Source: Eledone cirrhosa
Taxonomy: Eukaryota
DNA length: 64,000 nucleotides
Assembly (NCBI GenBank): GCA_964016885.1
Contig: OZ024743.1
Span: forward strand, 96,844,001-96,908,000
Direction: 5' to 3'
In this document: one piece after another, positions 26,531-44,055 of the stretch
Position numbering within the stretch: position 1 is the first letter of the stretch
Layout: every line of letters starts with the position of its first letter
Program-made: the position numbers and the translations under genes
The notes under the pieces: model-generated
Seen by the model: only the letters and a program-made list of their open reading frames with translations
The model's database searches: none
Told to the model about the DNA's origin: nothing

Positions 26531-27373
26531 TTACGTCCGTTCTTCCATGCTAGCATGAGTTAAACGGGTTGTCCTGTTGTGGGCAGTCTCTGATCAGCTG
26601 CCCATGCCTTGCTCATACAGGAACTGATTTTGGCTTGATTTCTACAGCTGGATGCCCTTCCTAACACCAACCTCATTTACAGTGAGTGCTGGGTGCTTTT
26701 TTCTGTGGCGCCTAGACGTCAACTTTACAGTGTGGGCTGGGTGCTTTTTTGCCGTGGCACATCGACGACCTCTTTGCAGTGGGAGGGTGTGGAGGGCATA
26801 TTGTCTATATGCTTCAGCTTCTACCCATGGGATGTTGGGTACTCTGTATTACTGTGTGACGCCAGAGGTCATGGTCATGCGTAATCACCTTTGAGAGGTG
26901 TAATTGGGTGAGGTCGGCTTTTACCACCTCTTCCCAGGTTTTCTTGGGTCTCCCCACTCCGCGGTTTCCATTGACTTCTAGTGCTCTGCACCTTTTTATG
27001 CAGTTGTCATCCTTAATACGCCTCTCCTGCACACAGCATTTGATTCCTCTTAAGCTCAGTCACGCTCTCAATTCATTTATGCTTTGCCGTTCGCGTATAT
27101 TACTATTACACATCCATCGGAGCATGCAGGCTTCGTTTCTTTCTAATCTACGTAAGTCTTCCACCTTCAGCGCCCAGGTCTCACTACCATGTAACATTGC
27201 TGTTCGGATACATGTAACATACAGTCTGCCTTTCATTTTGAGGGAGAAGCATTTAACAGCTAGCAGTGGTTCCCTGAAATTCTTACATCCCGTTCTTACC
27301 CTAGTTATTGTACTTTCTGAACACCCACCTCTCCTGCTAATTCGGTCCCCTAGGTAGCAGAAGCTGTCTACTA
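26531..27373 (-). mobile_element. RTE family C, 5'-truncated
   Basis: [24 protein letters not shown] plus the C-type 3' UTR. Confidence 0.9.
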
Positions 27374-27531
27374 TATTTATATATATGTATATATCATCAT
27401 CATCATCATCATCATCATCATCGTTTAACGTCCATATTTCACGCTCGCATGGGTTTCGCATTTTTTTTCCATAGATATATATGTATATATATATATATAC
27501 ATACATATATATATATATATACATATATATA

Positions 27532-28225
27532 TCATCATCATCATCATCATCGTTTAACGTCCGTGTTCCACGCTTGCATGGGTTTGGATGGGGGTTTTCC
27601 CACTTGAGGCAAGAGTGATTGTCTTGCTCGCATAGGACTGTCTGGCAGGTTTTCTACAGTTGGATGCCCTTCCTAACACCAACCACATTTACAGTGTGGG
27701 TCTGGGATGTTTTTACCGTGTTGCCTACACGGCCACATTACAGCGTGGACTGTGTGTTTTTTTGTCGTGACACCTACACGATCTCATTTGTTTCGGCCTG
27801 GATGGTGTGGCACCAACATAACTTTACATAGAAGGGGGGGCGGTGTTGATGGGGTGGGGGTGGTGGGAAGGGGGGTGTATTTTGTTAGAGATGCCTACTG
27901 ATTGTAGTAGGTTTTACTTTGTATTTAGGTAAGGCGGGTCTTCTCTATTACTGAGTACCGCCAAAGGTCTCGGTCCAGTGACATTGTCTTGGTGAGGTGT
28001 AAGTGTGTGAGGTCGGAGTTTATCAGCTCGTCCCAGGTTTTTCTGGGTCTGCCTATTCCGTGGCTACCGTCTATCTTTATTGCCCTGCACTTTGTTATAC
28101 AGCTATCGTCCTTCATGCGCATCACGTGACCATACCAACGTAGCCTTCTCTCGAGTAAACAACATCTGATCCCTCTTATTTCTAATTTTTTCCTTAGTTC
28201 GTTTATGCTTTGTCGTTCACGTTCA
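27532..28225 (-). mobile_element. RTE family B, 5'-truncated, young
   Basis: Near-identical to 50840-51530; ORF ends EKTRLT*. Confidence 0.9.
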
Positions 28226-29397
<1,172 letters not shown>

Positions 29398-29474
29398 TTA
29401 CTCTTTTACTCTTTTACCTGTTTCAGCCATCCGGCTGAGGCCATGCTGGGGCACTGCCCTTGTTGCTACACATT

Positions 29475-32400
29475 TTATCTCCAGCTTGTATAGGTTGGCC
29501 ACAGGTGTAAGAGGGAGTTTGTTGCTGCTGCCCTTAGGTTTCCCTCGTGTCTTGCTGTGGGCTCATCCGGGATCCTGGATAACAAGTTGTCGAGATGTTT
29601 CTTGAAGACATCCACCTCCACGTCATGCAAGTCTCTCAGATCCCTCGGCAGCCTGTTGAAGAGTTGAGGGCACTTGAATCCCAGGCTATTGCAATACCTG
29701 CTCCTTATTCTAGATGTGGAAGACGGGACCTTTGGCACCACACAGTGACGTCCTGTTCGACGGTTGGTCCAGCTCCCAATGCCAAAGTTTGGTGCTAGTC
29801 CCTCCAGGATTTTCCACATGTAGATCACTGTGTATCTCTCCCGTCTTCGCTCCAAGGAGTAGAGGTTCAGTTCCTTTAGCCTCTCCCAGTAGCTTGTCTC
29901 CCTCATCTTGGCAATCCTCTTGGTGTAGCTTTGCTGGATTGCCTCAAGCTCCGTGGTTAGTTTGACACTATGGGGTGACCACAACTGGGAGCAGTAGTCC
30001 AGGCGGCTTAGGACAAATGTCCTCCATAGTGTCAACATGGTGTCTCGATCTCTTGTCGGGAAAGTCCTCAAGATCCTGCCAGCGAGTCGTCTGCACATTG
30101 TCGCCACTTTCATGATGTGTGAAGAAAAAGATGCATCATCGCTCATGTCTATGCCCAGGTCTCGTATCGATTTTGACATGAGGATATCGCTCCCTCCTGG
30201 TCCTGTGTAGTTGTGTTCCACTATATTTGTGTTTGCAGGTTTGTTTGGAGGTTTGTATTGTAGGGCTTGGAATTTGCCAGCATTAAACTGCATGTTGTTT
30301 TCTTCCGCCCATTTGTATATGGCATCCAGATCCTGCTGTAAAAGGGCAGCGTCAGCCGGGTTTTTGATTGCCTGTGCTACCTTAGTGTCATCAGCATAGC
30401 TAGTGAGGGATGTTGTTGTATGTACTACAGAGGGCATGTCTGAGAGAGCCACCAAAAACAGTAGTGGTCCCAGGACTGTCCCCTGGGGCACCCCACTTGT
30501 TATTGGTGTTTCCGTTGAGGGCCCCATATGCTGCGACTGCCTGGCTTCTGTCCCTTAGGAAGCCATGCAGCCACTCACCTACTTTTCCAGTTATGCCGAG
30601 TCCGTATAGTTTGTGACATATCATTCCGTGGTCAACCTTGTCAAAGGCCTTCGCAAAGTCAAGATATATCACGTCCACATGTGAGCTGTCTAGTAGTTGT
30701 CTCAGTACCCAGTCGTAGTGATGTAGCAGCTGTGTAAGGCAGCTTCTTCCTGGGCGGAAGCCATGTTGCATGCTAGTCAGGCAGTCATTTTCCTCGAGGA
30801 AAGTGATCAGTTTCTTTCTGACGACTCGCTCCATGACCTTACTGATATGCGACGTCAGGGAGACTGGCCTATAGTTTTTGGCCTCCGCTCTGCTACCTCC
30901 TTTATGGATAGGGCATATTGTGCCTTCTTTCAGCTCCCTGGGTAGTACACCGCTAGCCAAGGAGCTTCTGAAGAGCATCTTCAGTGGAGTTGCTAAGGCC
31001 CGCTTACATATTTTTAAGAGAACTGCTGGGAATCCATCAGGTCCAGCAGCCGAGTCTGTTCTAATTTCATCAATGGCGTACACCACATCCTCCTCTGTTA
31101 TGTCTATGTGGTTGATGGTTGCCATTTCTTCATGTAGTGTTGTGGCATCAAAGAACTCCTCTGGCTTCGTTATTTGCATGTGCCTCAGTGGACATGTGAA
31201 CACACTTTTGTACTGTTTGTTCAGTATTTCACATATCTCTTGGGGGTTTTCGGTTAATGAACCGTCCGTATGGAAGAGTGGCCCAATCTTGCAGTGTACT
31301 GAGGCAGTTTCTTTTGCAAATTTAAAGAAAGCCATAGGGTTTGTTTTAATGTTTTCTATGGCCCTGTTCTCTTTCTTTGCCCTCTCATTCTCATGGGAAA
31401 GTTTGAGTGCAATCTCGGTGCCAAGTAGTGCACATTTCAAATAGGATTCCTTCTTGTTTTTGTTTTGTTGACTATTCAACTGGTTCGAGAGTTTAGTTCT
31501 ACATCTCATAAGGATTTTCCTATCTCTGGGAATAAGATTTTTGTGTCTGTTTGCCTCTTTCTCTGGGACAAACTTTTTGCATATAGTGTGTATCGTTGTC
31601 ATGAAGTGTTGAAATTGTGTGTTAGTGTCTTGTGTGGCGGTGTTTTCACTCCATGTTTGCTTCCGGATTTCTCTCTTAATGTTTTTCCAGTTAGCCTTGT
31701 AGAAGTTAAGGCTGGATAGCGTCCCGGAGCTTCTTGGTGGTTTTGTCTCTGTTGGTTCTCTTGGACCACATATCATTAGCTCTACTAAGTTATGATCTGA
31801 GAGAATTGTTGGTGTCACCTTTACATTGTGGATGAGCACTTCGTTGTTTGTAAAACAGAGGTCCAGGACATTTTCGCCTCTTGTTGGGAGGAGTATTGCT
31901 TGCTCCATGAACAGCCTGTGTGTGAGGGCCAGCAGGGATTCCTCCTGTCTCTGTTCTATTGACGTCATTCCAGGGAGGAGGTGGGCCTCAGGCCATTTGA
32001 CCTTTATTAGGTTGAAGTCTCCCAGCAGTAGGATGTTGAGACCCTGGTCCAGTTTGTCAAGGACTTCTTCTATCCTACTTAGGCTATCCTCAAATTTACC
32101 CTCATGACTGGGGGCATCGGGTGGTCGATATGTGACACATATTACTGTCTGTAGTTGCTTCATATGAACTATCTGTGTGCTCAGACTGAGTTTGAATGTG
32201 TCAACAGTACAATTGGTGTGACATCTTCACGGATATACAGAGCAGCCCCACCATGAGTTCTCTCCTTCCTGTCCGAACGAAATACAGTATATTTCGGTAT
32301 ATGTATTTCTGCATCTGCTATACTGCTTGTCAGGTGCGTTTCGGTTAGTGCCATGCATAATGCTTGATTGCTTATGGCTAAGTCTCCCAGGTAGGAAATT

Positions 32401-32498
32401 TTACTCATGTTATTGAGTTTCACCAGGCCTCTGACATTCAGCAGCAGCCCTGGTGTGACTTTTGGGGTGCCACCTGGTCTGGTGTCAGCGATGGCCAC
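29475..32498 (-). pseudogene. LINE ORF2: AP endonuclease plus reverse transcriptase, two small frameshifts (~32180, ~30520)
   Basis: NVRGL, LTETHL, YRPP, LGDFN, LDL.FTN, SDHN, GPDG, NYRPVSLT, QHGFRPGRSC, YLDFAKAFDKVDH, GVPQGTVLGPLLF, YADD, SLERRR. Confidence 0.93.
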
Positions 32499-33358
32499 TC
32501 TGAATCCCTTAACTGTGGTGGTCTCGAGTGCTGGTGTGGATGACCCTGGCTCTGGAGTCGATGCAGCCAGGTCAGCTGTCCCACAATCTTCTCTGCCATC
32601 ACTAAAAAATTTTTCTGCTCTGCTGCTGCCATCTGTATCTCGTCGGCATGTGCGTGCCTTCTCCTTGTTGGTGCGGCACGCGCGACATCAGCATACTTCT
32701 GGAGCGGCTTATTTTGGCTTTGGCTGGGGCATGTTGCGCGAGTAGGATGGGCATAGTTCGTTTGAGACCTAGGGTGGGCGAATCTGCATCCCATCCCTGT
32801 CTCTCCATGCCAGCATGTCCCGTTCTTGAAAAACTTGCACATTACTTGGGTTTTTTTGCTCCCAGTGTCACGGTGCTTTCTGTTCTTCCTTTGAACAGTT
32901 GTCCACTGGTCCCTCTGCACTTGGTTCTCCTTCGGAAGGTGATTTCGCTTTTCACCTTTGGCTTTTGCTTGTTGGTTTCCCGGCCTGCCCTCCCTGCCTG
33001 TGGCGGAGGGTATATCATTTTCTTTCAGGTCCGTGCTTGTGCTCTCCTCCTTTTCTTTTTCCTTTTCCTTTTCTTTCTCTTTCTCCTCATCCCTCTCTTC
33101 GGTTTTCTCTTCCCTGAGGACACGGCTTAGCATCGCCATATGTGGCGCTATGATGACATACGCCTTCTCAATTTCTTTTCTCTTTCTCTCTATCTGTGCC
33201 ACGGTCCTCAGAAACCCATGGCTCTTCAGGTTCTCCGCCATCTTTTTGCTTGGTGGAGACCCATCAGCCATAGTCCACCCCTTGATCAAAACCGCTAGTT
33301 CCATCTTTGACCAGTTTTGTTGACTCCTAATTTCACCTTTTTCCTGTATGCAGTCCAT
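32438..33358 (-). CDS. LINE ORF1, 306 aa: Myb/SANT (trihelix)-like N-terminus, EK-rich coil, CCCH zinc finger
   Basis: Intact ORF just upstream of, and overlapping, ORF2. Contains WSKMELAVLIKGW..GFLRTVAQIERKRK and CKFFKNGTCWHGETGMGCRFAH. Domain names are inferred from the motifs. Confidence 0.75.
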   Translation of the reverse strand: MDCIQEKGEIRSQQNWSKMELAVLIKGWTMADGSPPSKKMAENLKSHGFLRTVAQIERKRKEIEKAYVIIAPHMAMLSRVLREEKTEERDEEKEKEKEKEKEKEESTSTDLKENDIPSATGREGRPGNQQAKAKGEKRNHLPKENQVQRDQWTTVQRKNRKHRDTGSKKTQVMCKFFKNGTCWHGETGMGCRFAHPRSQTNYAHPTRATCPSQSQNKPLQKYADVARAAPTRRRHAHADEIQMAAAEQKNFLVMAEKIVGQLTWLHRLQSQGHPHQHSRPPQLRDSEWPSLTPDQVAPQKSHQGCC

Positions 33359-33653
33359 TTCGCTGTGGAGGGGAGAAAGAGAGACAGTGGGAAGTGTAGG
33401 GCAGAGGTTTGAGAGGGACAGAGGGAGGGAGAGAGATATAAGTCCAGTGAGATATTAAAGGAGCGATCTAGAGGAAGAGAGAAGAGAGAGCTTGTGCGAT
33501 CCAGAGAGAGAGAAAAAGAAACAGAAGAAAAGAAAAGAAAGGGGGAGAGAGACAGAAGAGAGGAGCGAGAGAGATAGCGGGAAGAGTGGGGGGGAAAGGT
33601 CAGAGGGAGAGAGAGGAGATAGATATGTCCGGTGAGAAATTCAAGGTGCAATT

Positions 33654-33690
<37 letters not shown>

Positions 33691-34367
33691 AGAGCTCGTG
33701 GATCTAGAGAGAGAGAGAGAGAGGAAGGAGAGAGAGAGAGAGGAAGGAAGGAGAGAGAGAGAGAGGAAGGAAGGAGAGAGATAGAGACAGCGTGAGCAAT
33801 AGCAGTTCATGAAATGAAAATAAAAATAAATTTTAAATTAAATTAATGAATGGAAGAAACCGAAATTATAAAGATATAGAAACACGATGTAAGTTGTATA
33901 TAAGTTGAATCTAAATGTTTGTTTACAAATATAAATAACGGGAACCGTATAGATTGATGACAGTTATTATAATATCAACATATCAAACAAGAAACAACAA
34001 ACACACATGCTCACCGAGTCAAAAACAAATAAAATTATATTAAATTAAATTATGTTACTCAGAAAAATCAAAATAATACAAGATCTATTTAAGTTAAATT
34101 AAAATTAGATTACGTATGCTTTGTATGGTAGTCAAGAAAAATAGAAAGCACGTGTGTGTGTTGTCTCCTATGAAGGTATCACACGGTGAAAATAAACATG
34201 TTTAAATCGCTAATATATGTAAAATATACTTCAAAATAATTGCGTCAAAGCACAAAAACTTATCTTTTTTGTATGTTTTCCTTGTCCTCTGAAAAATTAA
34301 AGCCATACATAAATCCGATTTACTGTCGATTTAAAATATTAAAATTTCAAATCTGGACATACGAGAT

Positions 34368-37352
<2,985 letters not shown>

Positions 37353-37383
37353 AGGTTGGTTTGTTTACTGAAGAGTAATGTAA

Positions 37384-37848
37384 AATAATTAAGTTAAATA
37401 TGTAAAATTTGGCTTCGTTTATTATAAATTATAGATATACTGCTATACATATTTCGGTGACAGCCATCATTGGTTTGAACTCTTCAGGCAGTCCGAATTG
37501 GTGTGGTAGAGACAGGTACACATGTTGTTGAAGTATGTTTTACTCCGTCAATACATCGATATGTCCAGCTTCTGGTTGTGTTGCTATGTCTCTGAGGAAC
37601 TGAAATCATATCTGGAATCATATGATTCCAGTTCCTCAGAGATATAACAACACAACCAGGAGCTGGACATATAGATGTCTTGATGGAGTAAAACACACTT
37701 CAACAACATGTGTACCTGTCTTTCCAACAGAAATTCGGACTGCCTGAAGAGGTCACAGCCAATGATGGCTGTCACCGAAATATGTATAGCAGTATATCTA
37801 TAATTTATTATAAACGAAGCCAAATTTTAAATATTTGACTTAATTATT
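37384..37848. repeat. Fold-back palindrome, ~227-bp arms, each with a hammerhead
   Basis: 37384-37610 is the diverged reverse complement of 37621-37848. Confidence 0.92.
37739..37793 (+). ncRNA. Minimal type I hammerhead ribozyme (family H2)
   Basis: actgc-CTGAAGA-ggtcacagcc/ggctgtcacc (9 of 10 pairs)-GAAA-tatgta-TA-gcagt. A mirror copy lies on the minus strand at ~37439-37492. Confidence 0.82.
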
Positions 37849-37902
37849 ATATATATACACACATATATATATATATATATATATAAATATATATATACAT
37901 AT

Positions 37903-37963
<61 letters not shown>

Positions 37964-37979
37964 TATATATACATATACA

Positions 37980-38055
<76 letters not shown>

Positions 38056-38072
38056 CATATATATATATACAC

Positions 38073-38103
<31 letters not shown>

Positions 38104-38104
38104 C

Positions 38105-38155
<51 letters not shown>

Positions 38156-38200
38156 CATATATATATATACATATATATATATACATATATATATATATAC

Positions 38201-38271
<71 letters not shown>

Positions 38272-38290
38272 CAAATATATATATATATAC

Positions 38291-38371
<81 letters not shown>

Positions 38372-38372
38372 C

Positions 38373-38417
<45 letters not shown>

Positions 38418-38512
38418 CATACATATATATATACATATACATATATATATATATATACACACACATATATATATATATATAGATACACATACATATATAT
38501 ATATATATACAT

Positions 38513-38586
<74 letters not shown>

Positions 38587-38618
38587 ACACACATATATAT
38601 ATATATATATATATACAT

Positions 38619-38679
<61 letters not shown>

Positions 38680-38754
38680 CACACACATATATATATATAT
38701 ACATACATACACATATATATATATATATATATATACATACATATATATATATAT

Positions 38755-39024
38755 ACATACCTCGCAAGTAAGGTGTGGGAATTCAAGTATAATAACATCC
38801 CGTACTCTATCGATTGGTTTATTTTAGACCATTCGAGGGAGTACCAAAGGGGCACAAAGAATTGTTCTTTGTGTACCACAGAAAAATATAGGATTTTGCT
38901 AAACTTGAGAGCCACTTCTGCTTGCCTCAACTCAAAGACCGAGATCTTCAGATGTTGTCCTCATCTGAAATCACATCTGATCTGTAACTGGATTGACATT
39001 CCTATGATATCTCAACCGCCTTGA
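38755..39024 (+). mobile_element. Penelope-like element, C-terminal GIY-YIG endonuclease fragment
   Basis: [53 protein letters not shown] fits the TxLSxxVWxLK..W.I..CxLCxxEK..LN..E...CxH pattern. Confidence 0.8.
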
Positions 39025-39330
39025 ACTCCTTCTCTGCTCTTTACTTCTACTACGGTTTTTTTACCTGCTGAATCCACGTTCTGTACTCTTGTATTCTCTT
39101 TCTCCCTTATCTCCCATTATATTTAACCTTTTCCTATGTCATTCCACCCCCCCCCCCCTATTTTTTGCCTTAACCTTCACATACCAAAATTTTTTTATTT
39201 TTAGATATTAATTTTTTATATATTAATTTTTTATATAATGGTTTTGTGTGTTTTTATATAATAGCCTCAGAAAAGGCTTGAGCTCTGCCGTAGTGTCAGG
39301 CTTTTTCCTATGTGTGTGTGTATATATATG

Positions 39331-39409
<79 letters not shown>

Positions 39410-39935
39410 GTATATATACGTTTTTGTATGTGTGTTTGTATTTCTGTGGTTGGGTTTTTTTGTGTGTGTATGTATATATATTTATGTGTGTGTGTGGGTG
39501 TGTGTGTGTGTATTTGTATATATGTATAAGGGTGTATGTATGTGTATCATCATATATAGTGATTTGATGATTATTTTCATTGATCTTTTGCCCCAGGAAC
39601 TTTTTGAGTGCTCTAGGTCTGCTATGGGCATTTATACGCTTTTCTATATATATATATATATTTTTATTTATTATTTGTCGTATTCAAAATTTTTGTATAT
39701 AAAATATTTATTTTATAATATTCATGTTCTTTATATATATATATATATACTTATATATATTATATATATATATATAGAGAGAGAGAGAGTTATATATGTA
39801 TATGTGTACGTATGCATACGTATGTGTATGTATATATATGTGTGCGTAGGTATATATGTGTATGTTAGTAAGTATGTATGTGTATGTGTATATATATGTG
39901 TATATGTGTATATATATATAGATAGACCAGGATTT

Positions 39936-39994
39936 TTTCATTCTGATGATTGAAAGCAAAATTTTTGCTTTTAAGAAACCACTGGTAAATGGAA
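39936..39994 (+). ncRNA. Type I hammerhead ribozyme (family H3), copy 1
   Basis: tttcatt-CTGATGA-ttgaaagcaaaa/ttttgcttttaa-GAAA-ccactgg-TA-aatggaa; GUA cleavage triplet. Confidence 0.85.
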
Positions 39995-40934
39995 TAATTG
40001 CCTTATGTTGTTTATTACATAACTATATATATATATATGTGTATATTTTAGAGTTAAATAAGGTTCATATTAATTATCTAAGATTGAGTTTTACACACAT
40101 ATATATATATGTGTGTGTATTTGTATTTGGTTGTGCGTGTTTGTGATATGTACGTATTTGTATGTGTATAATTGTATGACTATGTATGTATGTGTTTGTA
40201 TATATATATATATATGTATGTGTATATGTATATATGTATGTGTATGTATATATATGTGTATATATGTATATGTATGTATATATGTGTATGTATATGTGTG
40301 TGTATATATGTATATGTGTGTGTGTTTGTGTATGCGTATGTATGTGTTTATGTATTTGTATATGTATATTTATGTGTGAGAGTGTGTGTATGTATTTATT
40401 TTTACGTATGTATGTGTAGGTGCATTTGTGTGTATTGCTTACCACGTGTGTTTGTTCTTTTATTTGTTGCCTGTATCGCTGTCAACTTTATAATAGTCTT
40501 TATTTTCTTTTATTATTTTATATATATTTTTTCTTATATTTATTTCGGTGTATGAATTTGTAGAGGTGTGTGTATATTTTTCTATTTTTGTGCATGCATA
40601 TGTATGCATTTATGTATGTGTATGTATGTACGTGTGTATATAGGTATGATTGTGTGTATGTATGTATGTATGTATGTATGTATGTATGTATGTATGTATG
40701 TATGTATGTATGTATGTATATGTATGTGTGTATGGCTATGTATGTGTATGTGTATGCATATATATATATATTTCTATTTCTATATATATGTGTGTATATA
40801 TGTGTGTGTGGTTGTATATATGTATGTGTATGTATGGATATGTTGATATTTATGTGCGTATGTATGTATGTGTATATGTATGTGTGTATATATATACACA
40901 TATATGTGTATATGTGTGTGTGTATGTATGAGTG

Positions 40935-40973
<39 letters not shown>

Positions 40974-41121
40974 ATATGTATATAATTTTGTGTGTGTGTG
41001 TGTGTGTTTGCATGTGTGTTTTTATTTTATTTTTCCTTTCCTTCTTCCTTCTCCAGCCTCACTTTCATATAGATTGCATTTTTGTTTTTAGAATCCAATA
41101 TCAATAAATAGACCAGGAATT

Positions 41122-41181
41122 TTTCATTCTGATGATTGAAAGCAAAATCTTTTGCTTTTAAGAAACCACTGGTAAATGGAA
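41122..41181 (+). ncRNA. Type I hammerhead ribozyme (family H3), copy 2
   Basis: Same motif inside a ~100-bp direct repeat (39922-40023 vs 41108-41210). Confidence 0.85.
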
Positions 41182-41210
41182 TAATTGCCTTATGTTGTTT
41201 ATTACATAAC

Positions 41211-41270
<60 letters not shown>

Positions 41271-41346
41271 CATACATATATATATATATATACATACATA
41301 TATATATATATACATACATATATATATATATACATACATATATATA

Positions 41347-41430
<84 letters not shown>

Positions 41431-41441
41431 CATATATATAT

Positions 41442-41595
<154 letters not shown>

Positions 41596-41630
41596 CATAT
41601 ATACATATATATATATATATACATATATAT

Positions 41631-41920
41631 GGAGGCACAACCTTGCAATCGAAAGGTTGTGAGTTCAATTCTCAGACCGGGTGATGTGTTGTTTCCTTGA
41701 GCAAGACACTTTATTTCACATTGCTCCAGTTTACTCAGCTGTAGAAATAAGATGCTAGGGACTGGGGTTCCTATCATTCCACAGCAATAAAGGCACCCAG
41801 CACTCACTGTAAATGAGGTTGGTGTTAGGAAGGGCATCCAGCTGTAGAAATCAAGCCAGAATCAGTTCCCATCCCACCCTTGCAAGCAGGGAAAAGCGGA
41901 CGTAAAATAAAATAAAATGA
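41631..41920 (+). mobile_element. SINE family S1 with internal deletions (A box lost)
   Basis: Colinear with 53951-54300. Confidence 0.88.
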
Positions 41921-41921
41921 A

Positions 41922-41953
<32 letters not shown>

Positions 41954-42020
41954 CATACATATATATATATATATATATACATACATATATATACATATAT
42001 ATATATATATACATATATAT

Positions 42021-42052
<32 letters not shown>

Positions 42053-42116
42053 GTACATATATATACATATATATATATACATATATATACATATATATAT
42101 ATATACATATATATAC

Positions 42117-42171
<55 letters not shown>

Positions 42172-42172
42172 C

Positions 42173-42239
<67 letters not shown>

Positions 42240-42244
42240 CGTAC

Positions 42245-42275
<31 letters not shown>

Positions 42276-42290
42276 CATATATATATACAT

Positions 42291-42560
42291 ATGGCTTAGT
42301 GGTTAGAGCATTGGCCTTGCAATCGAAAGGTTGTGAATTCAATTCTCAGATCAGGTGATATTTGTTTCCTTGAGCAAGACACTTTAACCCCCCATGGAGG
42401 TGCCACGGCAAAAAAAGCACCCAGCCCACACTGTAAAGTGGACGTGTAGGCGCCAAGAAAAAGCACCCAGCACTCACTGTAAATGAGGTTGGTAGGGCAT
42501 CCAGCTGTAGAAATCAAGCCAAATCAGATCCTGTATGAGCAAGGCATGGTCAGCCGACCA
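42291..42560 (+). mobile_element. S1-type SINE head fused to RTE-C 3' UTR
   Basis: A and B boxes plus ccttgagcaagacac, then sequence matching 50063-50235. Confidence 0.8.
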
Positions 42561-43543
42561 TCATCATCATCACCGTTTTACGTCCGTTCTTCCACGCTAG
42601 CATGGGTTAAACGGGTTGTCCTGTTGTGGGCAGTGTCTGGTCGGCTGACCATGCCTTGCTCATACAGGAACTGATTTGGCTTGATTTCTACAGCTGGATG
42701 CCCTTCCTAACACCAACCTCATTTATAGTGAGGTGCTGGGTGCTTTTTCTTGGCGCCTACACGTCCACTTTACAGTGTGGGCTGGGTGCTTTTTTGCCGT
42801 GGCACCTCCACGGCCACCTTGAGGTGGGGGGTGTGGGGGTATATTGTCTATATGCTTCAGATTGTAACCATGGCAGGTCGGGTACTCTGTGTGACGCCAG
42901 AAGTCACGGTCGTGTGTCATTGTCTTTGAGAGGTGTAATTGGGTAAGGTCGGATTTTATCACCTAATCGCAGGTCATCTTGGGTCTCCCCACTCCGTGGT
43001 TTCCATCAACTTCTAGTGTTCTGAACCTTTTTATGCAGCTGTCATCCTTCATACGCATCACATGTCCATACCAGCACAACCGCCTCTCCTCCACACAGCA
43101 TTTGATTCCTCTTATGCTCAGTCTCTCTCTCAATTCATTTATGCTTTGTCGTTTATGTATATTACAGTTACACATCCATCGGAGCATGCAGGCTTCGTTT
43201 CTCTCTAATCTACGTAAGTCTTCCACCTTCAGCGCCCAGGTCTCACTACCATACAACATCGCTGTTCGGATACACGCATCATACAGTCTGCCTTTCATTC
43301 TGAGGGAGAAGCCTTTTGCAGCTAGCAGTGGTAGTAGTTCCCTAAACGTCTTCCATCCCGTTCTTACCCTAGTTATTGTACTTTCTGAACACCCACCTCC
43401 GCTGCTAATTCGGTCACCTAGGTAGCAGAAGCTGTCTACTGTATCTACACGGCCCTCCCAGAGATTGGTGGTACTTGTTTCCTGTGGCTGTTTGCTGCTT
43501 GCTGTCTCAGCACAGCTGCTGTATGTGAATCCTACATTCTTAA
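42559..43543 (-). mobile_element. RTE family C, 5'-truncated within the PHD finger
   Basis: Matches 49322-50312. Confidence 0.92.
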
Positions 43544-43868
43544 TATATATACACATATATATATATATATATATACATACATATATATATACACATATAT
43601 ATACATACATATATATATACACATATATATATATACACATATATATATATACACATATATATATATACACATATATATATACACATATACATATATATAT
43701 ACATATATATATATACATATACATATGTATATATACATATATATATATACATATATATATATACATATATATTTATACATATACATATATATATATACAT
43801 ATATATATATACATATACATATATATATATATACATATATATATATACATATATATTTATACATATAC

Positions 43869-43916
<48 letters not shown>

Positions 43917-43976
43917 TTTTCATTTCCCACTCTTAGTATGGCTGTTACTTAAATATAAGTATGTTTCATATTTTCC

Positions 43977-44011
<35 letters not shown>

Positions 44012-44055
44012 TACACATATATATATATATATATAGATATATATATATATATATA

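Larger units (their letters stand above)
29398..34367 (-). mobile_element. Near full-length CR1-group LINE (ORF1 plus APE-RT ORF2); 5' boundary uncertain (33.8-34.4 kb)
   Basis: ORF1 at 33358-32438 and ORF2 at 32498-29475. 3' hairpin tcagcc-ggat-ggctga and (TAAAAGAG)n tail. TA arrays at both ends. Confidence 0.85.

Noticed and set aside
39022-39320. Selenocysteine readthrough or SECIS in the Penelope fragment
   Set aside because: The TGA follows a complete C-terminal motif and I could not find an AUGA..AA..GA stem-loop.
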